DNA of 64,000 nt from an uncultured Bifidobacterium sp. (GCA_964594985.1 CAZQNQ010000005.1:13432-77431), one strand, 5' to 3'; shown: positions 1-9,631, counted from the first letter of the stretch. The notes: generated by a model not told the origin, from the sequence alone. Numbers and translations: made by a program.

Positions 1-686
1 ATTGGACCGCGCCCAAACTGGCCCAGGCGCAATGTCAGAATCTGCTCGGCAACCATGCCACCGCGCTGGCCCTGACGGATGAAGCATCCATCCCGTCCGC
101 GCAACTCCAAGGCCAGTTTCAGGCGACGTGGCTGCAAGCGCGGGCGACGGCGTTGTGGAAGACGGGGGAAACCAATGTCGCCCTGACCTTCGTGAATTCA
201 ATCGCAGCGGAACAACAACAAGAAGCCGTGGTGATCCTGGCCGCCGCCGATTTTCTGGCGACTGTGGGTCACCATAACGACGAACGGAAATGTTATGAGG
301 CGCTCTTGCAACGCGACCCCAAACGCCTGGAGTGGATCATCATGAAAGGCCACGCCGAATTGCGCGCCGGCCGGCCCGAGCCAGCCATCGCAACTCTGAC
401 CCAGGCCTTGGTTCTGGAGCCGACGAGCGTGAGCGCCCGCCTGTTCCGGGCGGTCGCTTTTTTGCAGACCGGAAAGCTGGAGGCCGCGCGCCAGGATTAT
501 CAAATGGTGCTGAACAACCCGGCTTCCGCGCCCAGCGCCTTGTTCGGTCTCGGCGACATCGCATGGCGGGAACGCGACACCAACGCGATGATTTCATATT
601 ATCAGGCGTTCCTCACCAACAACGTGGCGACATCACCTCAAGCCGCGCTCATCAGCCAACGTTTGAAGGCTCGGCCGGATGAATGA
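1..686 (+). CDS. TPR repeat protein, 5-prime partial
   Basis: The frame is open from nt 3 with no stop. The translation shows TPR-like helical repeats (LTQALVLEPTSVSARLFRAVAFLQTGKLEAARQDYQ, FGLGDIAWRERDTNAMISYYQAFL). The TTG at 153 listed in the ORF track is probably internal. Confidence 0.7.
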   Translation, partial: WTAPKLAQAQCQNLLGNHATALALTDEASIPSAQLQGQFQATWLQARATALWKTGETNVALTFVNSIAAEQQQEAVVILAAADFLATVGHHNDERKCYEALLQRDPKRLEWIIMKGHAELRAGRPEPAIATLTQALVLEPTSVSARLFRAVAFLQTGKLEAARQDYQMVLNNPASAPSALFGLGDIAWRERDTNAMISYYQAFLTNNVATSPQAALISQRLKARPDE

Positions 687-1296
687 TTCAGAAAACAACA
701 AGCAACGGCCCAAGGACGACGAACCACTGGCAGCAGTGCCGCCCGGCGGCGTAGTCTGGCTGACCGGCCTGAGCGGGGCGGGCAAGACGACGATTGCGCG
801 GGCGCTGGAGGTCGAATTGCGTCGGAGCGGAAGAGCCGTCTGCGTGCTGGACGGAGACTGCGTGCGGCGCGGTCTGTGTTCTGATCTTGGTTTTACGCCT
901 GCGGACCGGCAGGAGAATATCCGGCGCGTGAGCTTGGTGGCGCGGTTGTTCGCGGACGCGGGGCTGATCTGCATTGTGGCGTTGATCTCGCCCTATCGCC
1001 GGGACCGGGAGCGCGCCCGCGCCGCCGCACCCGTCGGTCGGTTTCTGGAAGTGTTTGTCAATTCGTCGCTCGAAGTGTGCGAGCGGCGGGATCCGAAGGG
1101 GCTGTATGCCCGGGCGCGCGCGGGGGAACTGAAGGATTTCACCGGGATCTCGGCCCCCTATGAACCACCCCTGACCGCGGAAGTGGAATTGCGCACGGAC
1201 TGGCTCGTAGTGGGAGAATGCGTGACACGGTTACAGGCCAAATTACAGGGTTGGTTCACGACTCCAGCGGTTTCTTCCGCCGCCTTGTCCGGGTAA
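679..1296 (+). CDS. cysC: adenylylsulfate (APS) kinase
   Basis: P-loop VWLTGLSGAGKTT, LDGDCVR, ISPYRRDRE and GISAPYEPP are typical of APS kinase. The ATG at 679 overlaps the upstream stop. Confidence 0.9.
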   Translation: MNDSENNKQRPKDDEPLAAVPPGGVVWLTGLSGAGKTTIARALEVELRRSGRAVCVLDGDCVRRGLCSDLGFTPADRQENIRRVSLVARLFADAGLICIVALISPYRRDRERARAAAPVGRFLEVFVNSSLEVCERRDPKGLYARARAGELKDFTGISAPYEPPLTAEVELRTDWLVVGECVTRLQAKLQGWFTTPAVSSAALSG

Positions 1297-1366
1297 GACC
1301 GGATGTGCTTCTCGGGTTCATCTCTAGTTGCAGATTGGTGGGTTTGGCGGAGTTTGCTCCGCCTTT

Positions 1367-2080
1367 ATGAAAACCCGTTTCATTGTTTCCCTGGGTGTCG
1401 GCCTGGCCTTGCTGGCGGCCCCAGGAATGTTGTGCGCCGCCGTGAGGAACGGCAGCTTTGAATCCTGGACTCTGCGGGGCTGGGATTTTCAGACCGATAC
1501 CGGCACCAGCCCGACCGAACCTTTCACCCGGCCCGCCGGCCTGGCCCGGACGATGAACTCCTGGGGGGATGCCTATGGCGTCAGCCCCGAAATCACCGCA
1601 GCGGACGGCGGACGGTTCCTGGCGCTCAACACCCGCGCCAACGCGAATTTCCCCGGCAACGACACCTACAATTTTTTCGTCAGCCAGACCCTCACCTTGA
1701 ATCCGGGCGAAATGCTGTCCGGCCTGGCGGCGTTCTACAACGGCGACAGTCAAGCGAACGACAGCGCCTGGGTGCGGGTGCTCGATTCCGAAGGGCATCT
1801 GGTGGCATCGCTGTGGGAAGCAACTCCGGACCCGACGATGAACCTGCTCACCCTGACAACAGCGACGCCAGTTTGGACTCCGTGGCAATGGGGAACCAGC
1901 ACGCCGGGCAGTTTCACGCTGCAACTCGGCATGACCACCAGTGGTGCGAACAACGAAGCCAGCTATGGCTTTTTTGACGGCATCACGATCACCGCGCAAC
2001 CGGTCCCCGAACCGTCCGCCATGACGCTCGGGATTCTGGGAAGTTTTACGCTGATCTTCCTGCGCCCGCGCCGCCATTGA
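1367..2080 (+). CDS. PEP-CTERM sorting-domain secreted protein
   Basis: The ATG at 1367 gives the signal peptide MKTRFIVSLGVGLALLAAPGMLCA. The C-terminus VPEPSAMTLGILGSFTLIFLRPRRH has the PEP motif, a TM helix and a basic tail. Confidence 0.8.
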   Translation: MKTRFIVSLGVGLALLAAPGMLCAAVRNGSFESWTLRGWDFQTDTGTSPTEPFTRPAGLARTMNSWGDAYGVSPEITAADGGRFLALNTRANANFPGNDTYNFFVSQTLTLNPGEMLSGLAAFYNGDSQANDSAWVRVLDSEGHLVASLWEATPDPTMNLLTLTTATPVWTPWQWGTSTPGSFTLQLGMTTSGANNEASYGFFDGITITAQPVPEPSAMTLGILGSFTLIFLRPRRH

Positions 2081-2099
2081 GACACTGGGTGATTTATAG

Positions 2100-2129
2100 C
2101 GCCGGACGATGAACGTCCGGCGTTTTTTG
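2100..2129 (+). terminator. rho-independent terminator after the PEP-CTERM gene
   Basis: Hairpin gccggacg / cgtccggc with a 5-nt loop, followed by a T6 run. Confidence 0.8.
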
Positions 2130-2209
2130 TTTCCGCCGCCAACCCGAGGTGAATTTCGGGGCATCCCCGGGCTTGGATTTCGCCCTGACCTGCGGCATAG
2201 TCCCCGCCC

Positions 2210-3094
2210 ATGCAATTGATTCGCGACATCTACGCCGCCAAACGCGCGACCGGGAAGCCCGTGGTTTCACTCGAATTTTTCCCGCCGAAGACGGAGGAGG
2301 GCGACAAGGCGCTGCTGGAAAAACACATTCCGGCGCTCAAGGAAGTGAACCCGGATTTCTGCTCGGTGACCTATGGCGCGGGCGGCAGCACGCGGGACAA
2401 GACTTTAATGATCGTGGATCGCATCCAGCGCGAACATCAACTCACCGCATTGGCGCATCTCACCTGTGTCAATCACACGCGCGAACAGGTCGGCGAGCTG
2501 TTGCAAAAAATCAAAGCCAACGGCTGCAAAAACATCCTCGCATTGCGCGGCGATCCGCCCGGCGGCGGAGAATTCCAGCCGACGCCCGGCGGCTTTGAGT
2601 ATTCGTCGCAGCTCGTGAAGTTCATCCGCGAGCAAGCCGGCTTCAGCATCGGTTGCGCGGGATTTCCGGAGGGTCACGTGGCGTGCAAGGAGGGCAAACA
2701 CGTGGATTGGCAACGGCTCAAGGAGAAGATTGATGCCGGCGCGGACTTCGTCATCACACAGCTCTTCTTCGACAACGCGGATTACTTCGAGTTCCGGGAT
2801 TACCTGACGAAGCTCGGCGTCACCGTGCCGCTCGTGCCGGGCATGATCTCCATCGTCAGTGCGCCGGGCATCCGCAAGTTCTCGCAGGTGTGTGGCGCAA
2901 AAATTCCCGCGGCGCTCGACGCCCAACTGGCAAAGCTCGGCACTGACGACGCGGCGGCCGCGGAGTTCGGCATCGAGTATTGCACCAAACAATGCGAGGA
3001 GCTGCTCAAAGCGGGCGTGCCCGGGCTGCACTTCTACACCTTGAACAAGGCGGCCTCAACCGTGCGGGTGTTGAAGAACCTCGGACTGGCCTGA
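2210..3094 (+). CDS. metF: 5,10-methylenetetrahydrofolate reductase
   Basis: VSLEFFPPKT, SVTYGAGGSTRDKT, ALRGDPP and ITQLFFD motifs. Full length, 294 aa. Confidence 0.9.
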   Translation: MQLIRDIYAAKRATGKPVVSLEFFPPKTEEGDKALLEKHIPALKEVNPDFCSVTYGAGGSTRDKTLMIVDRIQREHQLTALAHLTCVNHTREQVGELLQKIKANGCKNILALRGDPPGGGEFQPTPGGFEYSSQLVKFIREQAGFSIGCAGFPEGHVACKEGKHVDWQRLKEKIDAGADFVITQLFFDNADYFEFRDYLTKLGVTVPLVPGMISIVSAPGIRKFSQVCGAKIPAALDAQLAKLGTDDAAAAEFGIEYCTKQCEELLKAGVPGLHFYTLNKAASTVRVLKNLGLA

Positions 3095-3154
3095 GCGCGT
3101 GAATCGGCGCAAAAGAAACTTGCCCGCCCATTTTTTGCCGGTGAGACTTTAAGC

Positions 3155-4282
3155 ATGGCTGTTCCTGTTCCCAAGTCCGACGGCAAGCGCACCAAACCGA
3201 AGCGTCGCTTCAACTGGGTGGTGAGCGATCTCTACCGCCAGTGGCTGGTCTGGAAACTGGAATTGCAGGCGAAAATTTCCGGGCGCGGCTATACCTGCGG
3301 CGCGCTCGACGGCCTTTCCGAATACAACATCACCATCAGCAGCGACCAGACCGTCGCGTGCAACTGCCAGGATTACGAAGGGCTCGGCCAGATCGGCGAT
3401 CTGAAGAAGAACACCTTCGAGGAGGTCTTCTTCGGCCCGAAAGCGCAGCATCTCCGTGCTGAACTCGCGAAGGGCAAGATTCCCATCCCTGTTTGCGTCC
3501 GTTGCAGCGACCTGCAACGTCTGCCCGCAAATTCGCCCCAAACGCCACCCAAACCGCGCCTGCCCTATCGCGGCATGCTTCTGGAGAACACGGTGAAGTG
3601 CAACGTGGACTGTATCGGCTGTGCGCGCGAGAACGCCGCCGGCATCCGCCAGAACAAACAGCTCACCATGCCGTTCAACGAGATGGAGAAGATGGGCGAC
3701 ATCGTCCAACGCCTCGGCTTGCGCCAGTTGTTTTATCTGAATCTTGGCGAACCGTTCCTCTCGCCCACCATCGGGCCGGAGCTGCAGATGTTGCGCCGGA
3801 AGAATCCGACCATGCGCATCGTCACCTCGACGAACGGCGTGCTGTTGAACACCGACGCCAAACGCGAGGCGGCGCTGACGTTTGACCACATCATTTTCTC
3901 CGTACATGGCATCACGAACGAGATGTCCGAGAAATACATGCACCGCGGCCACTTCGACAAAGCCTACGATGCGATGAAGCAGATGGTGGCATACCGCAAC
4001 GCGCGCGGCCTGACAAATCCGGTGCTGGAATGGAAATACCTGCTCTTTAACTGGAACGACAAACCGGAATACCTCACCCGCGCCATCGAGATGGCGAAGG
4101 AGGCGAAGCTGGATTTCATCTCGTTCTGGCCGACGAACAATCCGTTCTGGGGCATGTCATGGCGTTACCGGCTCGGGCTGTTGAACAAGTTCGGGCGCAA
4201 GAATTGGAAAGGCCTGGAAGTGGACCTGCGTCCGCCCCCGCTCCACGGCACGCGTGTGCATCCACATTACGAAGGAGATTGA
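3155..4282 (+). CDS. radical SAM enzyme with N-terminal SPASM/twitch-like Cys-rich domain
   Basis: The CX3CX2C motif CNVDCIGC lies at residues 149-156, and NLGEPFL is also present. Residues ~48-117 carry C-x20-CxC-x42-CxxC with a SPASM-like GQIGDL...FEEVF segment. Confidence 0.8.
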   Translation: MAVPVPKSDGKRTKPKRRFNWVVSDLYRQWLVWKLELQAKISGRGYTCGALDGLSEYNITISSDQTVACNCQDYEGLGQIGDLKKNTFEEVFFGPKAQHLRAELAKGKIPIPVCVRCSDLQRLPANSPQTPPKPRLPYRGMLLENTVKCNVDCIGCARENAAGIRQNKQLTMPFNEMEKMGDIVQRLGLRQLFYLNLGEPFLSPTIGPELQMLRRKNPTMRIVTSTNGVLLNTDAKREAALTFDHIIFSVHGITNEMSEKYMHRGHFDKAYDAMKQMVAYRNARGLTNPVLEWKYLLFNWNDKPEYLTRAIEMAKEAKLDFISFWPTNNPFWGMSWRYRLGLLNKFGRKNWKGLEVDLRPPPLHGTRVHPHYEGD

Positions 4283-4323
4283 ACTAAAAGGGGAGTCCGG
4301 GTGGTAAAAATTGAATGGTGGTT

Positions 4324-4492
4324 GGGCTCGCCCTCACCTGTGTCCTCTCCCCCGGGGAGAGGATGTGACCTAGCACGATCTCGGAAATTCAACTGACCAT
4401 CCACCAATCCAGCCGCTGGAAATTTCAACGAGACGGCACGCGATTCTCCTTCTCCTTGGGGAGAAGGCCGGGATGAGGGAGAGCGTCACACC
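4324..4492. repeat. palindromic repeat, E family (ccctcacc / cctctcccc...ggggagagg type)
   Basis: gctcgccctcacc..cctctcccccggggagagg, and later ttctccttggggagaaggccgggatgaggg. The central segment ccagccgctggaaatttcaa is the reverse complement of the segment at ~25855-25880. Confidence 0.7.
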
Positions 4493-4528
4493 AGCTTCGT
4501 CCCCAGTTGTTCTTCCAAGATAAGTTCC

Positions 4529-4717
4529 TCAAAAGATCGTCAGCAACGCGATGCTCAACGCCGCGTAGATCCCGATCACCACCCAGAAATAAACGGGCGA
4601 CTCCGCCTTGGAAACCATCCGGCCCCATAGTCTCGACCGGGCAAAGACCTCACCTCGGATCGCGGCAAAAAGAGTGTAGAGCCCCACGAACACGCCGAGG
4701 ATCTTGAACAGTGTCAT
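4529..4717 (-). CDS. small membrane protein, hypothetical
   Basis: A 62-aa ORF with two hydrophobic helices (ILGVFVGLYTLFAAI, VYFWVVIGIYAALSIALLTIF). I did not recognise a family. Confidence 0.4.
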   Translation of the reverse strand: MTLFKILGVFVGLYTLFAAIRGEVFARSRLWGRMVSKAESPVYFWVVIGIYAALSIALLTIF

Positions 4718-4744
4718 GAGGATTGCCGCGCGGATGTCAGTGAA

Positions 4745-5425
4745 TCACTTCGTCGGAGCGGACGCCGCCGCTGGGGTGGGGCCATTATGCGGCGCCATCG
4801 CCACCGCGAGCGCGCGCATTTCGCTTACGAGCCTGGCGACGGATTCCTGCGCCGGGGCGGCGTTCCGGCCCACCCGGGTGGCGGTACCCTTGATGGCATT
4901 CAAACCACCCAGCGTCAGGTCGGTATCCAAGTAGCGCTGCACGTCGGTCAGGTCGGCGCGCACCGGACCAACCGCGGCCTTCACGGAGCTGCAGGCGCTG
5001 CGCACGCTCTCAAACCGGTTGGTGATTTCCTGCGTCCGGGCTTTGGCGGTGGCGCGGATGTCCTCGTTCTGGATGGTGGCGAGGTTCTGCTCCAGGGTCT
5101 CCAGGTGCAGTTTGCCGCGCGACTGGAGTTCGACTTCGGCCTTGGCGAGATTGGTGGCCAGCGTGTTCAACTGGCTGACGGCGTCGGAAAACCGGTCGAA
5201 CTGCGGGCGCAGATCGGGTTGCGGGCTGTTGATGAGGCCGTCGAGTTCGGTGACGGCGACATCCATGTGGCGCCCGGCCGTCTCGATGCGGGTGGCGAGC
5301 GATTGGAGATTGGCCGTCGTGCGTTCGTTGGTTTTATAACCGCGCGAGACGCAACCGGTGACTCCGGCCAACAAGCCAGCCAGCAGCAGAGCGGAAGTGA
5401 ATTGGATCAAACGATAGGTTTTCAT
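4745..5425 (-). CDS. lipoprotein with helical/coiled-coil body, hypothetical
   Basis: An internal ATG at 5425 gives MKTYRLIQFTSALLLAGLLAGVTGC, a lipobox. The upstream part of the 334-aa ORF is Arg/Cys-rich and overlaps repeat sequence. Confidence 0.6.
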   Translation of the reverse strand: MKTYRLIQFTSALLLAGLLAGVTGCVSRGYKTNERTTANLQSLATRIETAGRHMDVAVTELDGLINSPQPDLRPQFDRFSDAVSQLNTLATNLAKAEVELQSRGKLHLETLEQNLATIQNEDIRATAKARTQEITNRFESVRSACSSVKAAVGPVRADLTDVQRYLDTDLTLGGLNAIKGTATRVGRNAAPAQESVARLVSEMRALAVAMAPHNGPTPAAASAPTK

Positions 5426-5528
5426 AGGCAAAAACAACGGTTGCGGGTTTAGGAAACACCGACCAACACCGATTGGAGTAGCACGCGGCGGCCGGGAAGC
5501 AAAGCAAACTCTTAGCCGAATCCAGGTA

Positions 5529-5694
5529 GTTGAACAGGAGGACGCAGAGGAAACGGAGCAGGTAGGGCAAGCTTGGATTCGGCAAGCGGGGAAAATCCCG
5601 GAGCCGCTCTTTGCTGTGTGCCGACACTGTCGTTCTCCAGCCTGGAAACTCTTTGTTCCGAACTCCGTTGCCTCGGTTCGCTCCGGTTCAAAAG
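5529..5694. repeat. palindromic repeat, Q family (ttgaacaggagg...ctcc(t/g)gttcaa)
   Basis: The arms gttgaacaggaggacgcagaggaaacggag and ctccgttgcctcggttcgctccggttcaaaag are inverted. This is the same family as 11814-11899. Confidence 0.65.
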
Positions 5695-5706
5695 AATTGT
5701 TCCGGC

Positions 5707-6333
5707 TTAGGCCTGCATCCGCACGTCTTCGGGCCGGACTTCGAGGCATTCGTCCTGATCCTCCCAGATGATGGCCGGATAAAACTCGAGCAGCCTGGGC
5801 GCAAGGTCCGACCCGGCGCGGGCCAGCATCTGCTCGGCTTGTTGCGCGGCGTTCTCGTAGGCGCGATCGTAATTGCCGGCGGCGCGGCGCTGACGATCAT
5901 CCCAATGCGCGACAGCGTGGATGGGCTCGTATTCCGCCGCCCACTCTGTCAGCGCCCCGGAGATTTCCGCCGGGAGTTCGCCGAACGGCACAAGCGTCTC
6001 ATTGCAATGCTGGCAGATGAGGCCGGATTCCCGGACATCCCGCGTCAACAGCGGCAGCATCGGCGCACGGCAGCAGGAGGATTCGCGATAGGCCGCCGGC
6101 GGAGTGGCCATGCGTTTGTGCCAGATCTGGCGTTCGTGCCCGATCTGCGCGCCCAACCGGTACGCCCCGACGAGCGGATGGGAGAGCCGCCACGATTTCC
6201 CTTCGAGCTGTCCGAGCGTCTGCGCCAGCCAGCGACCGAGGGAGTGATCGTCAAAATCCTGAAACGCGCGACCGTAACTCTTCCAGAGTTGATCGAGCGG
6301 AGAATCGGATTCAAATGCCATCGCCAGCAGCAT
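5707..6333 (-). CDS. hypothetical protein with CC...CxxC cysteines
   Basis: The start must lie below the glgC start. ATG 6333 (MLLAMAFESD) or ATG 6321 are both possible. The composition looks coding but I recognised no family. Confidence 0.45.
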   Translation of the reverse strand: MLLAMAFESDSPLDQLWKSYGRAFQDFDDHSLGRWLAQTLGQLEGKSWRLSHPLVGAYRLGAQIGHERQIWHKRMATPPAAYRESSCCRAPMLPLLTRDVRESGLICQHCNETLVPFGELPAEISGALTEWAAEYEPIHAVAHWDDRQRRAAGNYDRAYENAAQQAEQMLARAGSDLAPRLLEFYPAIIWEDQDECLEVRPEDVRMQA

Positions 6334-6463
6334 AAAGGCGGGGCGGTTTTTGTCGAGCTTGTCACCCGTTCGGGGAATGCCGCAACAACGCTTGAAGCTT
6401 GCAGCGCGTTGGACGACTGTCCTAGCATCAAACGCAACCGCAGCAGTAATCAACTGAACTGTT

Positions 6464-7780
6464 ATGTCCAACACCAGCCGCATCAGCCGCCAATCGCTTA
6501 ACACCAGCAATGTTCTTTGTGTCATCATGGGCGGCGGGCAGGGGACGCGGTTGTTTCCGCTGACGAAAGATCGGGCCAAGCCCGCCGTGCCGTTCGCGGG
6601 CAAATACCGCATCGTGGACGTGCCGATCTCCAACTGCATCAACTCGGGCTTCCGCCGCATCTACGTGCTGACGCAGTTCAACTCCACGTCGTTGCATCGC
6701 CACATTTCGCAGTCGTACAAGTTCGACCAGTTCTCCAGCGGCTTCGTGGAAATCCTCGCCGCCCAACAGACCTTCTCCGACACCTCGTGGTATGAAGGCA
6801 CGGCGGACGCGGTGCGCAAGAATCTCATCCACTTTCTCGATCACGACTTCGAATACCTGCTCATCCTCAGCGGCGATCAATTGTATCGCATGGATTTCCG
6901 CCGCATGATCGCCGAGCATCGTGAAGCCGGCGCGGACGTGAGCATTGCAACGATCCCCGTGCCGCGCAAAGAAGCCGCCGCGCTGGGCATCCTGCAGATC
7001 GCCGAAGATCGGCGGATCGTGCGGTTCGTCGAAAAACCCAGGGAAGCCGCCGTGCAGGATTCCCTGCGCCTGCCCGCGGATTGGTATCCCAAACTCGGCA
7101 TCGAAGGCAGCGAAGAATGCTTCCTGGCCTCGATGGGCATCTACGTCTTCAACCGCGAAGTCGTCCGCAAGCTGCTGGACAACGATCTCACGGATTTCGG
7201 CAAACACATCATCCCGCGCTCCATCGAGGGGCAGCGCGTCTGCTCGCACATCTATCAGGGTTACTGGGAGGACATCGGCACGATCCGCGCCTTCTTCGAG
7301 TCGAACCTCGACATGGCGGCGGAACTGCCCAAGTTCAATTTCTTCGACATGAGCGCGCCGATCTTCAGCCGGCCGCGCTTCCTGCCCGGCTCGAAGCTCA
7401 ACGGCGCGCAGATTGATCACGCGGTCATCTCGGACGGTTGCATCATCAATCCCTCCAAGATCAGCAACAGCATCATCGGCCTGCGGATGATCGTGGGGGC
7501 GGGCACCCAGATGAACCGTGTCGTGGCGCTGGGTTGCGATTATTTTGAGTCCAAGGAATCCATCGCCGAACACGAACGCGCCGGCAAGCCGCGCGTCGGC
7601 ATCGGGACCAACTGCAGGATCGAGAACGCGATCATTGATAAGAATGCCCGCATCGGCAACAACGTCACCATCTCACCCGTCGGCAAGCCGGAGAACGTGG
7701 ATCATCCGCTGTATTTCATCCGCGACGGCGTGGTGGTGATCCCCAAGAACGCTTCGATCCCCGACGGTACGGTGATTTGA
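6464..7780 (+). CDS. glgC: glucose-1-phosphate adenylyltransferase
   Basis: IMGGGQGTRLFPLTKDRAKPAVPFAGKYRIVDVPISNCINSG plus a C-terminal left-handed beta-helix region. 438 aa. Confidence 0.92.
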   Translation: MSNTSRISRQSLNTSNVLCVIMGGGQGTRLFPLTKDRAKPAVPFAGKYRIVDVPISNCINSGFRRIYVLTQFNSTSLHRHISQSYKFDQFSSGFVEILAAQQTFSDTSWYEGTADAVRKNLIHFLDHDFEYLLILSGDQLYRMDFRRMIAEHREAGADVSIATIPVPRKEAAALGILQIAEDRRIVRFVEKPREAAVQDSLRLPADWYPKLGIEGSEECFLASMGIYVFNREVVRKLLDNDLTDFGKHIIPRSIEGQRVCSHIYQGYWEDIGTIRAFFESNLDMAAELPKFNFFDMSAPIFSRPRFLPGSKLNGAQIDHAVISDGCIINPSKISNSIIGLRMIVGAGTQMNRVVALGCDYFESKESIAEHERAGKPRVGIGTNCRIENAIIDKNARIGNNVTISPVGKPENVDHPLYFIRDGVVVIPKNASIPDGTVI

Positions 7781-7916
7781 GCGCGGGCCAACCGCAGCAA
7801 TCAGGGTCGGCAGGCGGATTCGGAGCGCGAGCGGTCCCCGCTCGCAGCACAGGGCAAAATTGCGAAGGCAGTCATGGACGACGCTGGATTCGCAACGTCC
7901 TATTTGTTGGCGGCAC

Positions 7917-7950
7917 GCTGCGGACGGGGACCGTCCGCGCTCCGATCAAG
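7917..7950. repeat. 34-bp repeat, identical copy at 17021-17054
   Basis: gctgcggacggggaccgtccgcgctccgatcaag contains the hairpin gcggacgg/ccgtccgc. The stop codon of the GH57 gene lies inside it. Confidence 0.8.
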
Positions 7951-9520
7951 CCCAATAGCTCACGTTGATGTTCGGAAAGAGGTTGTCGCGCGCCTCGATC
8001 TCCGCGAGCCACTTCTCGTCGAACTTCCCCGTGATGAGCTGGTGATAGAGCCCGTTGAACCGGAGCAGGTGCGCTTTGACGCGTTTGCGCGCGTAGTCAG
8101 GACTGGTGTTGGTGCGCAGAATGAACGGCCAGTCACTGGCTTGGGCGAGGAGCAGTTCGCGGGCGGCTTGTTTGAGCGCCCGATCCTGAAGCGCGGCGGG
8201 CTTGGAAAACCTCTTCACCAACTCGCTCATGCGTTCCTGCGCGACTTGCAGATGGCGATAGATCCACTCGTTCTTCTCGTTCAGCCAGACGCGATAATAA
8301 CCTTCCTCGCCCCAACTGGACGCAGCGGGCGTGGCGATCTGGTTCGTCGGATGACGCCGAAGATATTGCTCGGGCGTGATCAGCTCGAAGCTCTTCTGGT
8401 CGTGATATGCCTTCCGCACGAGGAGATCGAGGAACTCCGGGCCTTCATACCACCAATGGCCGAACAGTTCGGCGTCGTACGGCGAAATGACCAGCGGCGG
8501 GCGATCAAGAATGGCGCCGAGTTCCTGGATCTGCTCGACGCGCGATTTGAGAAAGTGTGTCGCGTGCGCATCAACGGCTTCGGCGGCGGCGGCAGGTTGA
8601 TAGGGTTGCTTGGGCGCATCACCGCCGGTGATGCGGTAATACTTGATGCCGGTGAAGCCGCGATTTTCCGGCGACGGCAGATGCGGCTTCACGTAATCGA
8701 AATCCAGATCGAACCCGATGTCGCGGTAGAAATCGCGATAGCGCGCGTCCCCGGGATAACCTTCGGTGCGGCTCCAGACCTGGCGTGAGGATTCCATGTC
8801 GCGTCCAAAGGCGGCGATACCGTTCGGCGTGAACACGGGCGCAAACACGCCGTAGCGCGGGCGCGGATGCGCATGCAGCAAGCCGTGCGAATCCACGATG
8901 AACCAGCGGATGTTCGCTTCCTGCAAGTAGGCTTCCACGCCGTCGAAATAGGCGCACTCGGGCAGCCAGATGCCGCGCGGATCGCAGCCGAAGCACTCGC
9001 GGTATTGATCGCGGGCGATGAGGATTTGCGCGCGGACGGACGGTGGGTGATTCGCCATCAACGGCAACAAACCATGCGTCGCACCGGTGGTGATGATTTC
9101 GAGCAGACCAAAATCCTGGAGGCGACGGAATTTGCTGATGAGGTCGCCGCCAAGCTGCTGATAGAATGCGCGCGCCTCCGTGAGTCGCGTATGATACATC
9201 TTCGCCAGTTCCTGAAACGGCGGCTCCCAAAGCGTGCGACTGAGTTCCTTGTCGGCCAGCGCGATGAGCTCGTCGAGGTGCCGGGCGTAGCGTTCCTGCA
9301 ACAGCGGATCGCGCAGCATCGCGCAGAGCGTCGGCGAGAGCGTCATGGTGAGGCGCGCGTCCATGTCGTCGCGCTGCCAGCCGTTCATCACCTGCAAGAG
9401 CGGCAGGTAGGTTTCGGTGATCGCCTCGAACAACCAGCTTTCCTCCAGAAATTTGGCGTGCTCGGGATGCCGCACAAACGGCAGGTGTGCGTGGAGGATG
9501 ATGGAGAGATAACCGCTCAT
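7946..9520 (-). CDS. GH57-family 1,4-alpha-glucan branching enzyme
   Basis: SIILHAHLPFVRHPE, WLFEAITETYLPLL and SPYDAELFGHWWYEG are GH57/DUF1957-like. I chose ATG 9520 because the 17 codons upstream translate the ttaaga-type repeat (LRLRKRLR). Confidence 0.85.
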   Translation of the reverse strand: MSGYLSIILHAHLPFVRHPEHAKFLEESWLFEAITETYLPLLQVMNGWQRDDMDARLTMTLSPTLCAMLRDPLLQERYARHLDELIALADKELSRTLWEPPFQELAKMYHTRLTEARAFYQQLGGDLISKFRRLQDFGLLEIITTGATHGLLPLMANHPPSVRAQILIARDQYRECFGCDPRGIWLPECAYFDGVEAYLQEANIRWFIVDSHGLLHAHPRPRYGVFAPVFTPNGIAAFGRDMESSRQVWSRTEGYPGDARYRDFYRDIGFDLDFDYVKPHLPSPENRGFTGIKYYRITGGDAPKQPYQPAAAAEAVDAHATHFLKSRVEQIQELGAILDRPPLVISPYDAELFGHWWYEGPEFLDLLVRKAYHDQKSFELITPEQYLRRHPTNQIATPAASSWGEEGYYRVWLNEKNEWIYRHLQVAQERMSELVKRFSKPAALQDRALKQAARELLLAQASDWPFILRTNTSPDYARKRVKAHLLRFNGLYHQLITGKFDEKWLAEIEARDNLFPNINVSYWA

Positions 9521-9529
9521 TGGCTCGGG

Positions 9530-9620
9530 TCTTAATCTTTTTCTTAATCTTAATCTTCCCCGCCTTGACACTGCCGCATCGCGACGAGGATTAAGATTAA
9601 GAAAAAGATTAAGATTAAGA
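9530..9620. repeat. palindromic repeat, L family (cttaatcttaatc / gattaagattaag)
   Basis: The arms tcttaatctttttcttaatcttaatc and gattaagattaagaaaaagattaagattaaga are inverted around a ~33-nt loop. Confidence 0.8.
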
Positions 9621-9631
9621 GAAGAACTAAC

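Noticed and set aside
2081-2209. A possible SAM or THF riboswitch upstream of metF.
   Set aside because: The spacer contains only the terminator hairpin of the upstream gene and ~80 nt with no recognisable multi-helix riboswitch core.
6428-7573. A 381-aa minus ORF. Similar long antisense ORFs occur at 12641-13966, 18220-19533, 22660-24120, 14977-15969 and 39656-40789.
   Set aside because: Each lies entirely opposite a confidently identified gene (glgC, fmdA, urtA, folP/cdaA, urtD, LysR). All have low-complexity R/A/G/D/H-rich translations.
9530-9620. The ttaagattaaga-type repeats here, and at 22066-22130 and 63668-63882, were considered as a possible CRISPR array.
   Set aside because: The copies are inverted arms of single palindromes rather than direct repeats separated by unique spacers. 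There are only two arms per locus and no cas genes.
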